NCBI GenBank assembly: GCA_964484955.1
Contig: CAZAGS010000001.1
Span: 8,037 to 72,036 of the forward strand
From: an uncultured Tissierellaceae bacterium
GTDB taxonomy: Bacteria; Bacillota; Clostridia; Tissierellales; Tissierellaceae
Length of the DNA: 64,000 nt
Direction of reading: 5' to 3'
Program-made: the position numbers and the translations under genes
Notes under the pieces: model-generated
Seen by the model: the letters and a program-made list of their open reading frames with translations, nothing else
Databases searched by the model: none
Told to the model about the DNA's origin: nothing
Shown: one piece after another, positions 38,718 to 48,328 of the stretch
How positions within the stretch are numbered: position 1 is the first letter of the stretch
Layout of the letters: every line of letters starts with the position of its first letter

Positions 38718-39767
38718 TTATAACTTTTCTATTTGTTTTATTAACTCATCTAGCAAATCTTCCTCTTTTACTTTTTTAATAATTTTTCCTTTGGAAAATA
38801 TTAAACCTTCACCATTTCCACCTGCTAATCCTATATCTGCTTCTCTAGCTTCTCCAGGACCATTTACTGCACAACCCATAATAGCTACTTTTATATGTTT
38901 TTTTATTGCTTCTAATCTTTTTTCTGCTTCATTAACAATTTGGATTAGATTGATATTGGTTCTACCACAAGTAGGACATGAAATTAATTCAATACCTTCT
39001 TTAAGCAGGCCCAGTGATTTTAAAATCTCTTTACCAACTTTAATTTCCTCTACAGGGTCACCAGTTAATGAAATTCTTATAGTATCACCAATGCCCATAC
39101 TTAATAAACTACCTATACCAACAGAGGATTTTATTGTTCCTCTCCATGATGGTCCGGCTTCTGTAATGCCTAAATGTAAAGGATAATCACATAAGTCCGA
39201 GATCATCTCATAGGCTTTTATAGTTAATGGAACATTACTTGCTTTTAAAGAAATCTTTATATCATAAAAGTCCAAACTCTCTAATAATCTTACTTGCTCC
39301 AATGCACTATATACCATTGACTCTTGGTTTACTCCATGGTATTTATCTATAAATTCTTGCTTAATAGACCCTGAATTTACCCCAATACGAATAGAAAGAT
39401 TATTAGCTTTACAGGCATCAACAACTTTCTTTACATTTTCCAGATTTCCTATATTGCCTGGGTTAATTCTTAGACCATCTATTCCATATTTTATAGATTC
39501 TAAGGCCAACCTATAATCATATTGTATATCTGCTATTATAGGTATATGGATATGTCTTTTTATCTCTTCAATGGCCTTTGCATCTTCTTGATCAGTTATA
39601 GCTGATCTAATAATATTGCAACCAGCTTCTTCAAGAAGCAAAATTTGTTCAATTGTATTTTCTATATCTTTAGTTCGTGTATTAGTCATTGATTGAACAG
39701 CTATAGGATTGTCCCCCCCAATGAGAACATCTCCTACTTTAATAACTCTAGTTTTTTTTCTATTCAT
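38718..39767 (-). CDS. ispG: 4-hydroxy-3-methylbut-2-en-1-yl diphosphate synthase (flavodoxin) IspG/GcpE
   Basis: IspG sequence (IAVQSMTNT, RINPGNIG, GVNSGS, CPTCGR, MGCAVNGPGEA). ATG at 39767 after a GGTGG SD. Confidence 0.95.
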   Translation of the reverse strand: MNRKKTRVIKVGDVLIGGDNPIAVQSMTNTRTKDIENTIEQILLLEEAGCNIIRSAITDQEDAKAIEEIKRHIHIPIIADIQYDYRLALESIKYGIDGLRINPGNIGNLENVKKVVDACKANNLSIRIGVNSGSIKQEFIDKYHGVNQESMVYSALEQVRLLESLDFYDIKISLKASNVPLTIKAYEMISDLCDYPLHLGITEAGPSWRGTIKSSVGIGSLLSMGIGDTIRISLTGDPVEEIKVGKEILKSLGLLKEGIELISCPTCGRTNINLIQIVNEAEKRLEAIKKHIKVAIMGCAVNGPGEAREADIGLAGGNGEGLIFSKGKIIKKVKEEDLLDELIKQIEKL

Positions 39768-39776
39768 TTTAACCAC

Positions 39777-40784
39777 CTATTTAAATATATTTATTCTAAT
39801 TAAATCCTTGTAAGTTACAACTAGCATTAATGATATCAATAATACAAAACCAATCATATGAATAAAGTTTTCCTTATCAGGATCTATTGGTTTTCCTCTT
39901 ACTAATTCTACTAATAAAAATATTATTCTACTTCCATCAAGTGCAGGTATTGGCAATAAGTTAAAAAATCCTAAGTTTACACTAATAAAACCTAATATTA
40001 AGAGTAGGTTATTAATTCCAAACTTAGCTTGTTCACCAACAGCAGTTATAACCCCAACTGGACCTGATAAATCATTAATAGAAACTTGGCCTTTAAATAT
40101 CATACCTACAAATTCAAACATTAATTTGATAAACATCCCTGTATTTTCAAATCCACCTTTGATACCAGCAACAATGGACTTTTCTGATTGAGGTATTATT
40201 CCTATAATAGTTCTATCTTCTTCTATAGTGGGTTTCACACTAATATTAATATTTTCTCCACCTCTAAGAATACTGACTTCTAAGTTTTCTTTTGGGTTGG
40301 CTTTTCCAATTGTATCTGAAATCTTCTCCCAGCTATTTGTAGCCACTCCATTAATCGAGATTATATTATCTCCTTTTTGAATTCCACTTACATAGGCAGG
40401 AGAATCCATTATGGCTTCTTCTATTATAGTAGTAGGGCTACCTGTATTAAATGACACTATTGATAATACCACTATTGCCAATACAAAGTTCATAAATGCT
40501 CCGGCAGCTACAACAGCAATTCTAGATAAGGGAGAGACTTTTCCAAAACTCCTTGGATCATCTGAATTTTCATCCTCACCTTCCATCTTCACATAACCAC
40601 CTATAGGCAGTAGTCTTAAAGTATATTGTGTTTCTCCTTTTCTTGTTTGTATTAGCTTAGGCCCCATACCAATTGCAAATTCATTTACCTTGATACCCAC
40701 CATCTTAGCCACTGTGAAATGACCTAATTCATGTAATAATATAACTAATAAAAATACAAATATAGCTGCTATTGCAGTTTGCAT
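39777..40784 (-). CDS. rseP: RIP metalloprotease RseP/RasP (M50 site-2 protease with PDZ domain)
   Basis: HELGH zinc motif in TM1, a PDZ segment, and the NLLPIPALDG motif. ATG at 40784 with a GGTGGTG SD; the ORF-track extension runs into a non-coding GC-rich element. Confidence 0.9.
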   Translation of the reverse strand: MQTAIAAIFVFLLVILLHELGHFTVAKMVGIKVNEFAIGMGPKLIQTRKGETQYTLRLLPIGGYVKMEGEDENSDDPRSFGKVSPLSRIAVVAAGAFMNFVLAIVVLSIVSFNTGSPTTIIEEAIMDSPAYVSGIQKGDNIISINGVATNSWEKISDTIGKANPKENLEVSILRGGENINISVKPTIEEDRTIIGIIPQSEKSIVAGIKGGFENTGMFIKLMFEFVGMIFKGQVSINDLSGPVGVITAVGEQAKFGINNLLLILGFISVNLGFFNLLPIPALDGSRIIFLLVELVRGKPIDPDKENFIHMIGFVLLISLMLVVTYKDLIRINIFK

Positions 40785-40810
40785 AAAAACACCACCTAAT
40801 TTAGTTTTAA

Positions 40811-40939
40811 GTACAGTAAGCAATTGCGTAGCAATTGCATCACACCACTGCAACGAGGTGGGCGATTAAGACGCACCAGTTGTTCAAGCAATCGGTACCC
40901 GCCACCTATTACATTAATGTGGGGACATCTTACCTCGTT
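40811..40939 (-). ncRNA. Unclassified GC-rich structured element in the cdsA-rseP spacer (candidate cis-regulatory RNA/sRNA)
   Basis: By hand count, about half G+C over roughly 90 nt in an otherwise very AT-rich genome. Nested helices on the - strand: AACGAGGU/ACCUCGUU (40939-32 with 40859-52), GGCG/CGCC, ACCGAUUG/CAACUGGU, then a GCAAUUGC-uac-GCAAUUGC hairpin. The G-U pairs work only on the - strand. Confidence 0.3.
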
Positions 40940-41709
40940 ATAAAATAATGTACATAATAATATATTAAAGGAGCACATACAATTATACTATCAAATCTAT
41001 CTAATACTCCACCATGTCCTGGCATTATAAAACCATAATCCTTAATACCAGAAATCCGTTTTACTTTTGATGCAAACAAGTCCCCTAATTGACACATTGC
41101 TGATACTATTATAGATAATATTATTAGTTGCACAATGTTATCTAAATTCATATATATGGAATAGATTAAAGTTAAAATAGTAGAACCAAGGATTCCACCA
41201 ATTGAACCTTCTATGGTCTTTTTAGGGCTTAATTCTGGGCACAATTTATTTTTACCAAATAAATTTCCAGCAACATAGGCAAAGGTATCAGTTCCAAATG
41301 CAATAATAAATATAAGCCATATAAAGACAGTACCATCTAAAAAGTAAATATGGAATAATAAAAAAGGTATATATAATAATCCAAATATAGTCATAGCTAC
41401 TGCTCCAAGGTCTATATCTTTCTTATAAATAATTATTAATAATAAGATTATTGTAATAAATGTTATAACTATATCTAAAGTAATAATGGGAAAAATAGAA
41501 GATAAGAATAATAGTATAGTACCTATATAGCCTATGATCCCTATGGGTATAATATTTATATTATGTAAAGCCTTATAAAACTCCCTAATTCCAATCAAAG
41601 AAATTAAAAATATGGAGGTTGCTAAAAGCATTCCTCCTTTGTTAACTACGATAATTAATAAAATAAGTCCAACTAAACCACTTGTAAATCTTATCCCTAA
41701 ATCTTTCAT
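40930..41709 (-). CDS. cdsA: Phosphatidate cytidylyltransferase
   Basis: Polytopic membrane protein with the CdsA C-terminal signature (SKVKRISGIKDYGFIMPGHGGVLDRFDS). Confidence 0.92.
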   Translation of the reverse strand: MKDLGIRFTSGLVGLILLIIVVNKGGMLLATSIFLISLIGIREFYKALHNINIIPIGIIGYIGTILLFLSSIFPIITLDIVITFITIILLLIIIYKKDIDLGAVAMTIFGLLYIPFLLFHIYFLDGTVFIWLIFIIAFGTDTFAYVAGNLFGKNKLCPELSPKKTIEGSIGGILGSTILTLIYSIYMNLDNIVQLIILSIIVSAMCQLGDLFASKVKRISGIKDYGFIMPGHGGVLDRFDSIIVCAPLIYYYVHYFITR

Positions 41710-42458
41710 TAGATACCTCCAAACCTTCTATTTCTTTTTTGATATTCTAATATGGCTTCATATAGATTTTTTTCTTTAAAATCAGGCCACAATACATTTG
41801 AAAACCAAAATTCAGAATAGGCCACCTGGTAAAGCATAAAATTACTAATACGCAATTCACCACTTGGTCTGATTAAAAGATCTGGATCTGGTTGTTCTTT
41901 AGTATACAAATACTCTTTAAAACTTTCTGTATTAATATCATCTATATTCATTTTACCCATTTTTACATCTTTTAATAATTCCTTTATACCATATATTATT
42001 TCATCCCTAGCTCCATAGTTTAAAGCTATATTTAAAACCATTTTTGTATTATTTTTAGTTTTTTCTATAGCTCTTTCTACCTCTAATCTAGGCTTTTCAG
42101 GTAATTTTGTAATATCACCTAATATATTTAATTTAACATTATTATTATGTAATTTATTTAATTCTCTTCTTATATATATAACTAATATGCTCATTAATCC
42201 AGCTATTTCATCAGATGGTCTTTTCCAATTTTCTGTGGAAAATGCATAAAGAGTTAGATACTCAATACCTAATTTTGAACAATTTTCAACCACTTCAATA
42301 ACTCTTTCCATACCTTCTTGATGTCCAAAGTTTCTTGGTAAGAATCTACTTTTTGCCCATCTGCCATTACCATCCATAATTATTGCAATATGTTTTGGCA
42401 AATTATCTATATCTATTAGATTCTTTAGTTCCACAGCATCTATATTATCATAATCCAT
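41709..42458 (-). CDS. uppS: Isoprenyl transferase (undecaprenyl diphosphate synthase)
   Basis: UppS motifs (HIAIIMDGNGRWA, LTLYAFSTENWKRP, IRPSGELRISNF). Confidence 0.95.
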   Translation of the reverse strand: MDYDNIDAVELKNLIDIDNLPKHIAIIMDGNGRWAKSRFLPRNFGHQEGMERVIEVVENCSKLGIEYLTLYAFSTENWKRPSDEIAGLMSILVIYIRRELNKLHNNNVKLNILGDITKLPEKPRLEVERAIEKTKNNTKMVLNIALNYGARDEIIYGIKELLKDVKMGKMNIDDINTESFKEYLYTKEQPDPDLLIRPSGELRISNFMLYQVAYSEFWFSNVLWPDFKEKNLYEAILEYQKRNRRFGGI

Positions 42459-42477
42459 ATTATGTATCCTCCATTAT

Positions 42478-42507
42478 TAAAAACCCCTTCCTATTAAGAA
42501 GGGGTTT
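42478..42507 (-). terminator. Rho-independent terminator after frr
   Basis: On the - strand: AAACCCCTTC-ttaata-GGAAGGGGTTT followed by TTAATAAT. Confidence 0.75.
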
Positions 42508-42510
42508 AGC

Positions 42511-43068
42511 TTAAATTTCTAATAATTCTTCTTCCTTATTTGCTGTTATTGCATCAACTTCAAGAATGTATTTATCAGTAATTTTTTGCATTTCATCCTC
42601 CGCAGATTTTCTATCATCTTCCGGCAAGTTTTTATCTTTTTCTAATTTTTTAATCTTATCTATACCATCTCTTCTGGTATTTCTTATAGCGACTTTAGCT
42701 TGTTCCCCATTTTTCTTTACAATTTTAATTAAATCTAATCTTCTTTCCTCTGTTAATTGTGGAATTTGTAAACGTATAAGTTTACCATCATTTGATGGAT
42801 TTATTCCTAAATCAGACTTCTGGATTTCTTTTTCTATAACAGGTATTAATTTAGCATCCCAAGGTTGAATAACTAATAATCTTGGTTCTGGTGCTGATAT
42901 ACTAGCTACTTGTTTTAAAGGTGTTATTTGTCCGTAATAGTCTACAGTCATTCGGTCTAGTAGTGCAGGATTAGCCCTACCAGCCCTGATACTTTGTAGT
43001 TCCTCTTTATAAACACTTATTGTTTTGCTCATTTTTACTTCAGCTTCTTTGTGTAGATCTAAAAACAT
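42511..43068 (-). CDS. frr: Ribosome recycling factor
   Basis: 185-aa RRF sequence (IRAGRANPALLD, ISAPEPRLLVIQPWD, NPSNDG..IRL.IP.LTEERR). ATG at 43068 with an AAGGAGG SD. Confidence 0.95.
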   Translation of the reverse strand: MFLDLHKEAEVKMSKTISVYKEELQSIRAGRANPALLDRMTVDYYGQITPLKQVASISAPEPRLLVIQPWDAKLIPVIEKEIQKSDLGINPSNDGKLIRLQIPQLTEERRLDLIKIVKKNGEQAKVAIRNTRRDGIDKIKKLEKDKNLPEDDRKSAEDEMQKITDKYILEVDAITANKEEELLEI

Positions 43069-43070
43069 AA

Positions 43071-43784
43071 TTAATCCTCCTTTACATGAGTTCCTATTTT
43101 TTCTCCACATACAACTTTTAGCATATTAATTGGATCGTCTATTCCAAAAACAATTAATGGAATTTTATTATCCATACATAAGGAAGTAGCTGTAGAATCC
43201 ATAATTCCTAGTCCTAAATTTAGTATATCAATATATCTTAATGTGTCAAATTTTTTAGCTTGTAAATTTAATTTAGGATCAGCATCATATACTCCATCTA
43301 CGCCTTTTTTGCCTAATAGAATAACATCCGCTTCAATTTCGGCAGCTCTTAGGGCCGCAGTAGTATCAGTTGAGAAATATGGGTTTCCAGAACCTGCAGC
43401 AAATATAACAACTCTGCCTTTTTCTAAATGTCTTATAGCTCTTCTCCTTATATAAGGTTCTGCTATTTGCCTCATGTCAATGGCAGATTGAACTCTAGTG
43501 GCAACATCAATGTTTTCTAAGGCATCTTGTAATGCTAAAGCATTCATAACTGTACCTAGCATTCCCATATAATCAGAAGTAGTTCTATCCATATCCTTTG
43601 TAGATCTACCTCTCCAGAAGTTTCCTCCACCAACTACAATAGCAACTTCTACACCTAGATCTTTTATTTTATTTATTTCTTTTGAAATATTATTAACTGT
43701 TTCTACATCTATTCCAGTTCCTTTGCCACCTGCTAATGATTCGCCGCTTAATTTAAGAACAACTCTTTTAAAAACAGGATCCAT
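43071..43784 (-). CDS. pyrH: UMP kinase
   Basis: PyrH motifs ([35 protein letters not shown]). Confidence 0.95.
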   Translation of the reverse strand: MDPVFKRVVLKLSGESLAGGKGTGIDVETVNNISKEINKIKDLGVEVAIVVGGGNFWRGRSTKDMDRTTSDYMGMLGTVMNALALQDALENIDVATRVQSAIDMRQIAEPYIRRRAIRHLEKGRVVIFAAGSGNPYFSTDTTAALRAAEIEADVILLGKKGVDGVYDADPKLNLQAKKFDTLRYIDILNLGLGIMDSTATSLCMDNKIPLIVFGIDDPINMLKVVCGEKIGTHVKED

Positions 43785-43814
43785 ATAATGCCTCCTTTAT
43801 GTATGCTTAGATTA

Positions 43815-43846
43815 TTATTAAAATGGAGAACAAGTAATTGTTCTCC
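43815..43846 (-). terminator. Rho-independent terminator after tsf
   Basis: On the - strand: GGAGAACAA-ttac-TTGTTCTCC followed by ATTTTAATAAT. Confidence 0.7.
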
Positions 43847-43852
43847 TATTTA

Positions 43853-44500
43853 TTACATACCCATTTGCTTTGCTACTTCATCAGCAAAGTTTTCTTCTCT
43901 TTTTTCTAAACCTTCTCCAACTTCAAATCTAGCAAATCTTCTTATCTTAAGATTTTCGCCAATTTTTGATATTTTACTTGCCAATAAATCTTTTACCTTT
44001 AGGCTTGGATCTTTAATAAAGTTTTGGTCTAATAAGCAAATTTGCTCGTAGAACTTCTCGATTCTACCCTCAACCATTTTGTTTGCAATAGCTTCTGGCT
44101 TTCCTTCATTAAGTGCTTGTTGCACTAATACTTCTCTTTCTCTAGCAACTTCTTCCTCTGGAACCTCTTCTCTACTAACATATTTCGGATTTGAAGCAGC
44201 TACTTGCATTGCCATATCTTTTACAAATTCTTTAAATTCATCTGTTTTAGCAACAAAATCTGTTTCTGAATTGACTTCTATAATAACACCAATTCTTCCA
44301 CCATGAATATATGAATCTACTAACCCTTCAGATGCAATTCTACCTGATTTTTTAGCTGCTGAGGCAAGTCCTTTTTCTCTTAAATAGTCTACAGCTTTCT
44401 CAACATCACCATTTGTTTCTACTAATGCATTTTTACAATCTAGCATTCCTGCACCACTTTTTTCTCTTAATTCTTTAACTAATGAAGCGCTTATTTTCAT
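43853..44500 (-). CDS. tsf: Elongation factor Ts (short, 215-aa form)
   Basis: UBA-like N-domain ([20 protein letters not shown]) and the EF-Ts core ([17 protein letters not shown]). Confidence 0.95.
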   Translation of the reverse strand: MKISASLVKELREKSGAGMLDCKNALVETNGDVEKAVDYLREKGLASAAKKSGRIASEGLVDSYIHGGRIGVIIEVNSETDFVAKTDEFKEFVKDMAMQVAASNPKYVSREEVPEEEVAREREVLVQQALNEGKPEAIANKMVEGRIEKFYEQICLLDQNFIKDPSLKVKDLLASKISKIGENLKIRRFARFEVGEGLEKREENFADEVAKQMGM

Positions 44501-44520
44501 TTTAACCCTCCTATAATTAT

Positions 44521-44567
44521 TAAAAATGGTAAGGGTTTAAGGAAACTTTACCCTTAGAACCCTTACC
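44521..44567 (-). terminator. Intercistronic hairpin/attenuator between rpsB and tsf
   Basis: On the - strand: GGTAAGGGTT...AACCCTTACC (10-bp stem with an inner TAAGG/CCTTA helix) followed by ATTTTTA. Confidence 0.6.
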
Positions 44568-44576
44568 ATCCAATTG

Positions 44577-45281
44577 TTATTCTTTAGATTCTATTTGTTC
44601 ACCTTGTTTTGCTTCCAAAACTGCATTTGCCATAGTTTCTGTTAATAACTTAACAGCTCTAATAGCATCGTCATTTCCTGGAATAACAAAGTCAATTTCA
44701 TCTGGGTCACAGTTTGTATCAACAATTGCAACAACTGGTATTCCAAGTATTTGAGCTTCTTTAATAGCAATTCTCTCTTTTCTTGGGTCTACAACAAATA
44801 AAACACTTGGAATTTTATCCATATCTTTTATTCCACCAAGGAATTTTTCTAGTCTTTCGCCTTCATGCTTTAACTTTATAACTTCTTTCTTAGGTAGAAC
44901 ATCAAATATTCCATCCTCTTCCATCTTAGTTAATTCATGTAGTCTATCAATTCTTTTTCTAATTGTTTTGTAGTTTGTAAGCATACCACCTAACCATCTT
45001 TGGTTAACGAAATGCATATTACATCTTCTAGCTTCATTCTCAATTGCTTCTTGAGCTTGCTTCTTAGTACCTACAAATAGTACTTCTCCACCTTCTGCTA
45101 CAACTTCTCTTACAAAATCATAAGCTACCTCAACCAACTTAACTGTTTTTTGTAAGTCAATAATATAGATACCATTTCTCTCAGTAAAAATGTACTGAGC
45201 CATTTTAGGGTTCCATCTTCTTGTTTGGTGTCCAAAATGAACTCCAGCTTCAAGTAAACCCTTCATTGTAATAACTGACAT
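44577..45281 (-). CDS. rpsB: 30S ribosomal protein S2
   Basis: [27 protein letters not shown]... canonical S2. ATG at 45281 with a GGAGGTG SD. Confidence 0.96.
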   Translation of the reverse strand: MSVITMKGLLEAGVHFGHQTRRWNPKMAQYIFTERNGIYIIDLQKTVKLVEVAYDFVREVVAEGGEVLFVGTKKQAQEAIENEARRCNMHFVNQRWLGGMLTNYKTIRKRIDRLHELTKMEEDGIFDVLPKKEVIKLKHEGERLEKFLGGIKDMDKIPSVLFVVDPRKERIAIKEAQILGIPVVAIVDTNCDPDEIDFVIPGNDDAIRAVKLLTETMANAVLEAKQGEQIESKE

Positions 45282-45423
45282 ACTATTCACCTCCATGTTT
45301 TTTTCCCTCCATTCTCATCATATATATCAGGACCCATAATGGGACTACCCTCAATATCAGAGAATGTGTGTAATCACTATAGTAGTATAACATAATCACA
45401 ATTCTAAAGCAATGATTTATTAA

Positions 45424-46203
45424 CTATGCTCTAGCTTTTTTTAATTCATTTACTAATTTATCATTTAAAATCTTTATATGAGTACCCTTCATACCTAAGG
45501 ACCTTGATTCTATAACCCCTGCACTTTCTAGTTTCCTAAGTGCATTTACTATAACGGATCTAGTTATTCCAACTCTATCTGCTATCTTACTTGCCACCAA
45601 TAATCCTTCTAAACCCTCTAATTCATTAAATATATGCTCCATAGCTTCTAACTCTGAATATGATAAGGTTCCTAAAGCCATTTGTACAATAGACTTTTTA
45701 CGAGCTTCTTCTTCTATTACTTCATTATCTGACCTTAGTATTTCCATACCTACTATAGTGGCACTATATTCAGCTAGTATAAGGGCCTCTTCATTAAATT
45801 CTCTACCAAATCTTGCAAGAACTAAAGTACCCAGTCTTTCGCCTCCACTAATTATTGGAACTATAGTGGCTATTTTGTCAGGGTGGCTACATTCAGAGAC
45901 CTCATCAAATACACATTCAGTAATTTCCTGTACATTTTCCTTGGTTTCACTAACTTGTAATAATTGGTCATTGTAAAGCTTAGGAAATCTTTTTTCTTTT
46001 ACCACCTCAGATTGTATAATATCACAATCAAATCCGCTAGATAGCTCATATCCTAAGACTCTACCTCTTTGACTAGCAATATATACATTGGCATCCAGAA
46101 TATCACTTAGTATTTTACTTAACTCTAAAAAACTTACTCTTTCTGAGCCATAACTTTGTATTGTTTTATTTAATTTTCTAGTTTTTTGTAACAAACTTTC
46201 CAT
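45424..46203 (-). CDS. codY: GTP/BCAA-sensing pleiotropic repressor CodY
   Basis: GAF domain followed by the CodY wHTH ([38 protein letters not shown]). Confidence 0.95.
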   Translation of the reverse strand: MESLLQKTRKLNKTIQSYGSERVSFLELSKILSDILDANVYIASQRGRVLGYELSSGFDCDIIQSEVVKEKRFPKLYNDQLLQVSETKENVQEITECVFDEVSECSHPDKIATIVPIISGGERLGTLVLARFGREFNEEALILAEYSATIVGMEILRSDNEVIEEEARKKSIVQMALGTLSYSELEAMEHIFNELEGLEGLLVASKIADRVGITRSVIVNALRKLESAGVIESRSLGMKGTHIKILNDKLVNELKKARA

Positions 46204-46231
46204 GTCTTTTCCTCCTTTTCTTGTTCTAAAA

Positions 46232-48307
46232 TTATTCTACTCTATTATAGCCGCAATTTTTATCAACACATTTTATAGTATTTTTACTTTTTGTTCTCTT
46301 AATTACCATCATTCCCTTACATTGTGGACATTTCTCCCCTAATGGTTCATCCCAAGATACAAATTCACAATTAGGATAATCACTACAGCCAAAGAAACTT
46401 CTACCCTTTTTAGATCTTTTTCTAACAATAGTACCGTCACATAATGGACAATCTACATTTATTTTATCTAAAATTGGCTTGGTGTTTTTACAATCAGGAT
46501 ATCCTGGACATGCTAGAAATTTACCATATCTACCTGTTTTAATAACCATGTTCTTGCCACATTTTTCACAAATAACATCGCTAACTTCTTCAACAATTTC
46601 AATTTTATCTATTTCTTCTTCTGCTATTATTAACTCAGCCTGGAAATCCTTATAGAAATCAGCTACAACAGTTTTCCAAGGGTAATTTCCTTCTGCAACT
46701 TCATCAAGCTGTTCTTCAAGTTTTGCTGTAAATTTTTCATTTACAATTCCTTTAAAATACTCTATTAATAAATCATTTACTAAGAATCCTAAATCCGTTG
46801 GATAAAATACTCTTTTATCTAAAACAACATAATCCCTAGCTAATATTGTAGCTATGGTAGGTGAGTAAGTACTAGGTCTTCCTATTCCCAGCTCTTCCAT
46901 TACCTTTATTAGGGATGCCTCAGTAAATCTTCCTGGTGGTTGTGTGAAATGTTGCTTAGGGGTAATTTCTTTAACCTTGCATATATCTCCAGCAATCAAA
47001 TTAGGGATACTCATATCTTTTACTTCTTCATCCTCTGAAGTATAGACTTTTAAAAATCCTGGAAAAATCAGCTTAGAACCAGTAGCTCTAAATAAGTAAT
47101 CATTGTTTGTTAAATTCACAGTTAATGAATCATAAACAGCTGGAGCCATTTGAGATCCTACTAATCGATTCCAAATTAAGTTATAAAGTTGATATTGATC
47201 TTTTTTTAATGAAGATTTAAGACTATCTGGGTGACGTAATACACTGGTAGGCCTAATAGCCTCATGGGCATCTTGGGTTTGCTTTCCTTTTTTACCAGCA
47301 TAACTTCTACCTCCATTAGAATATTCTTTTCCAAATTCACTTGTAATATACTGTTTTGTATTTTCTAAAGCATCATTGGAAATTCTTGTAGAGTCAGTTC
47401 TCATATAGGTAATTAACCCTTCTGTAGCTTGACCTTTAATATCTATACCTTCATAAAGTTGCTGAGCAACACTCATAGTTTTCTTAGTTGTGAAGCCTAG
47501 TTTTTTAGATGCATCCTGTTGTAAAGTACTAGTTGTATAAGGGGGATAAGGATTTCTTCTTCTTTTACCCTTTTTTACATCCTTAACAGTAAAACTTTCT
47601 TTATCTAAACTATCAAGTACCTTATTTACTTCTTCCTGGTTTTTTAATTCCATATTTTCTTCTTTATTATCAATATATCTACCAATAAAATTTGCTTCAA
47701 AATCTTCATCTTTGTTTAATAGAGCCTTTATACTCCAATATTCCTTTGGTATAAATTCATTAATTTCATTTTCACGATCACAAATTAACTTTGTGGCAAC
47801 ACTTTGAACCCTACCAGCACTAAGTCCTTTTCTAATTTTTTTCCATAATAGAGGACTTATTTTGTAACCTACTAATCGATCTAAGATTCTCCTAGCTTGT
47901 TGGGCATCTATTAAGTCTTGATCTAATGCTCTTGGATTCTTAATTGCACTTTTTATCGCATCTTTAGTGATTTCATTAAATTCTACTCTATTATTATCTG
48001 ATAGGTCTAAACCTAAAATATGTGCCAAATGCCATGATATAGCTTCACCCTCTCTGTCAGGGTCAGTAGCTAATAAAACCTTATCAGCATTTTTTGCTTC
48101 CTTCTTTAACTCTTTAATAAGAGGACCCTTGCCTCGAATATTAATATATCTAGGCTCGAAATTATCTTCTATATCTATACCAAGGGTGCTTTTTGGCAAA
48201 TCGCGAATATGACCTACAGAAGCTACTACCTTATAATTTCTACCTAAAATTTTTCCGATAGATTTTGCTTTTGCAGGTGATTCTACAATAACTAATTTTT
48301 TAGACAA
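46232..48307 (-). CDS. topA: DNA topoisomerase I
   Basis: TOPRIM domain ([22 protein letters not shown]), active-site region (YMRTDS), C-terminal Cys4 zinc ribbons. Confidence 0.96.
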   Translation of the reverse strand: MSKKLVIVESPAKAKSIGKILGRNYKVVASVGHIRDLPKSTLGIDIEDNFEPRYINIRGKGPLIKELKKEAKNADKVLLATDPDREGEAISWHLAHILGLDLSDNNRVEFNEITKDAIKSAIKNPRALDQDLIDAQQARRILDRLVGYKISPLLWKKIRKGLSAGRVQSVATKLICDRENEINEFIPKEYWSIKALLNKDEDFEANFIGRYIDNKEENMELKNQEEVNKVLDSLDKESFTVKDVKKGKRRRNPYPPYTTSTLQQDASKKLGFTTKKTMSVAQQLYEGIDIKGQATEGLITYMRTDSTRISNDALENTKQYITSEFGKEYSNGGRSYAGKKGKQTQDAHEAIRPTSVLRHPDSLKSSLKKDQYQLYNLIWNRLVGSQMAPAVYDSLTVNLTNNDYLFRATGSKLIFPGFLKVYTSEDEEVKDMSIPNLIAGDICKVKEITPKQHFTQPPGRFTEASLIKVMEELGIGRPSTYSPTIATILARDYVVLDKRVFYPTDLGFLVNDLLIEYFKGIVNEKFTAKLEEQLDEVAEGNYPWKTVVADFYKDFQAELIIAEEEIDKIEIVEEVSDVICEKCGKNMVIKTGRYGKFLACPGYPDCKNTKPILDKINVDCPLCDGTIVRKRSKKGRSFFGCSDYPNCEFVSWDEPLGEKCPQCKGMMVIKRTKSKNTIKCVDKNCGYNRVE

Positions 48308-48328
48308 TATTGCACCTCCATAATTAAT

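Noticed and set aside
40861-40900. tRNA-like or known riboswitch identity for the GC-rich element.
   Set aside because: I could build no cloverleaf; the candidate anticodon loop lacks U33 and has only a 3-bp stem. There is no T-loop GTTCGAATC-like motif. None of the conserved cores of riboswitch classes I can recall is present. It is kept as unclassified rather than named.
40796-40978. 60-aa - strand ORF spanning the cdsA 3' end and the GC-rich spacer.
   Set aside because: It overlaps cdsA out of frame, has no SD, and is a Cys/Arg/Leu-rich translation of what looks like structured RNA. The rseP ORF-track extension through the same region (40785-40853) is rejected for the same reason.
43853-44500. 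Short EF-Ts (215 aa) as a possible truncation.
   Set aside because: The N-terminal UBA-like domain and the core are intact, and a proper terminator follows. To my knowledge, short EF-Ts forms are normal in several lineages.
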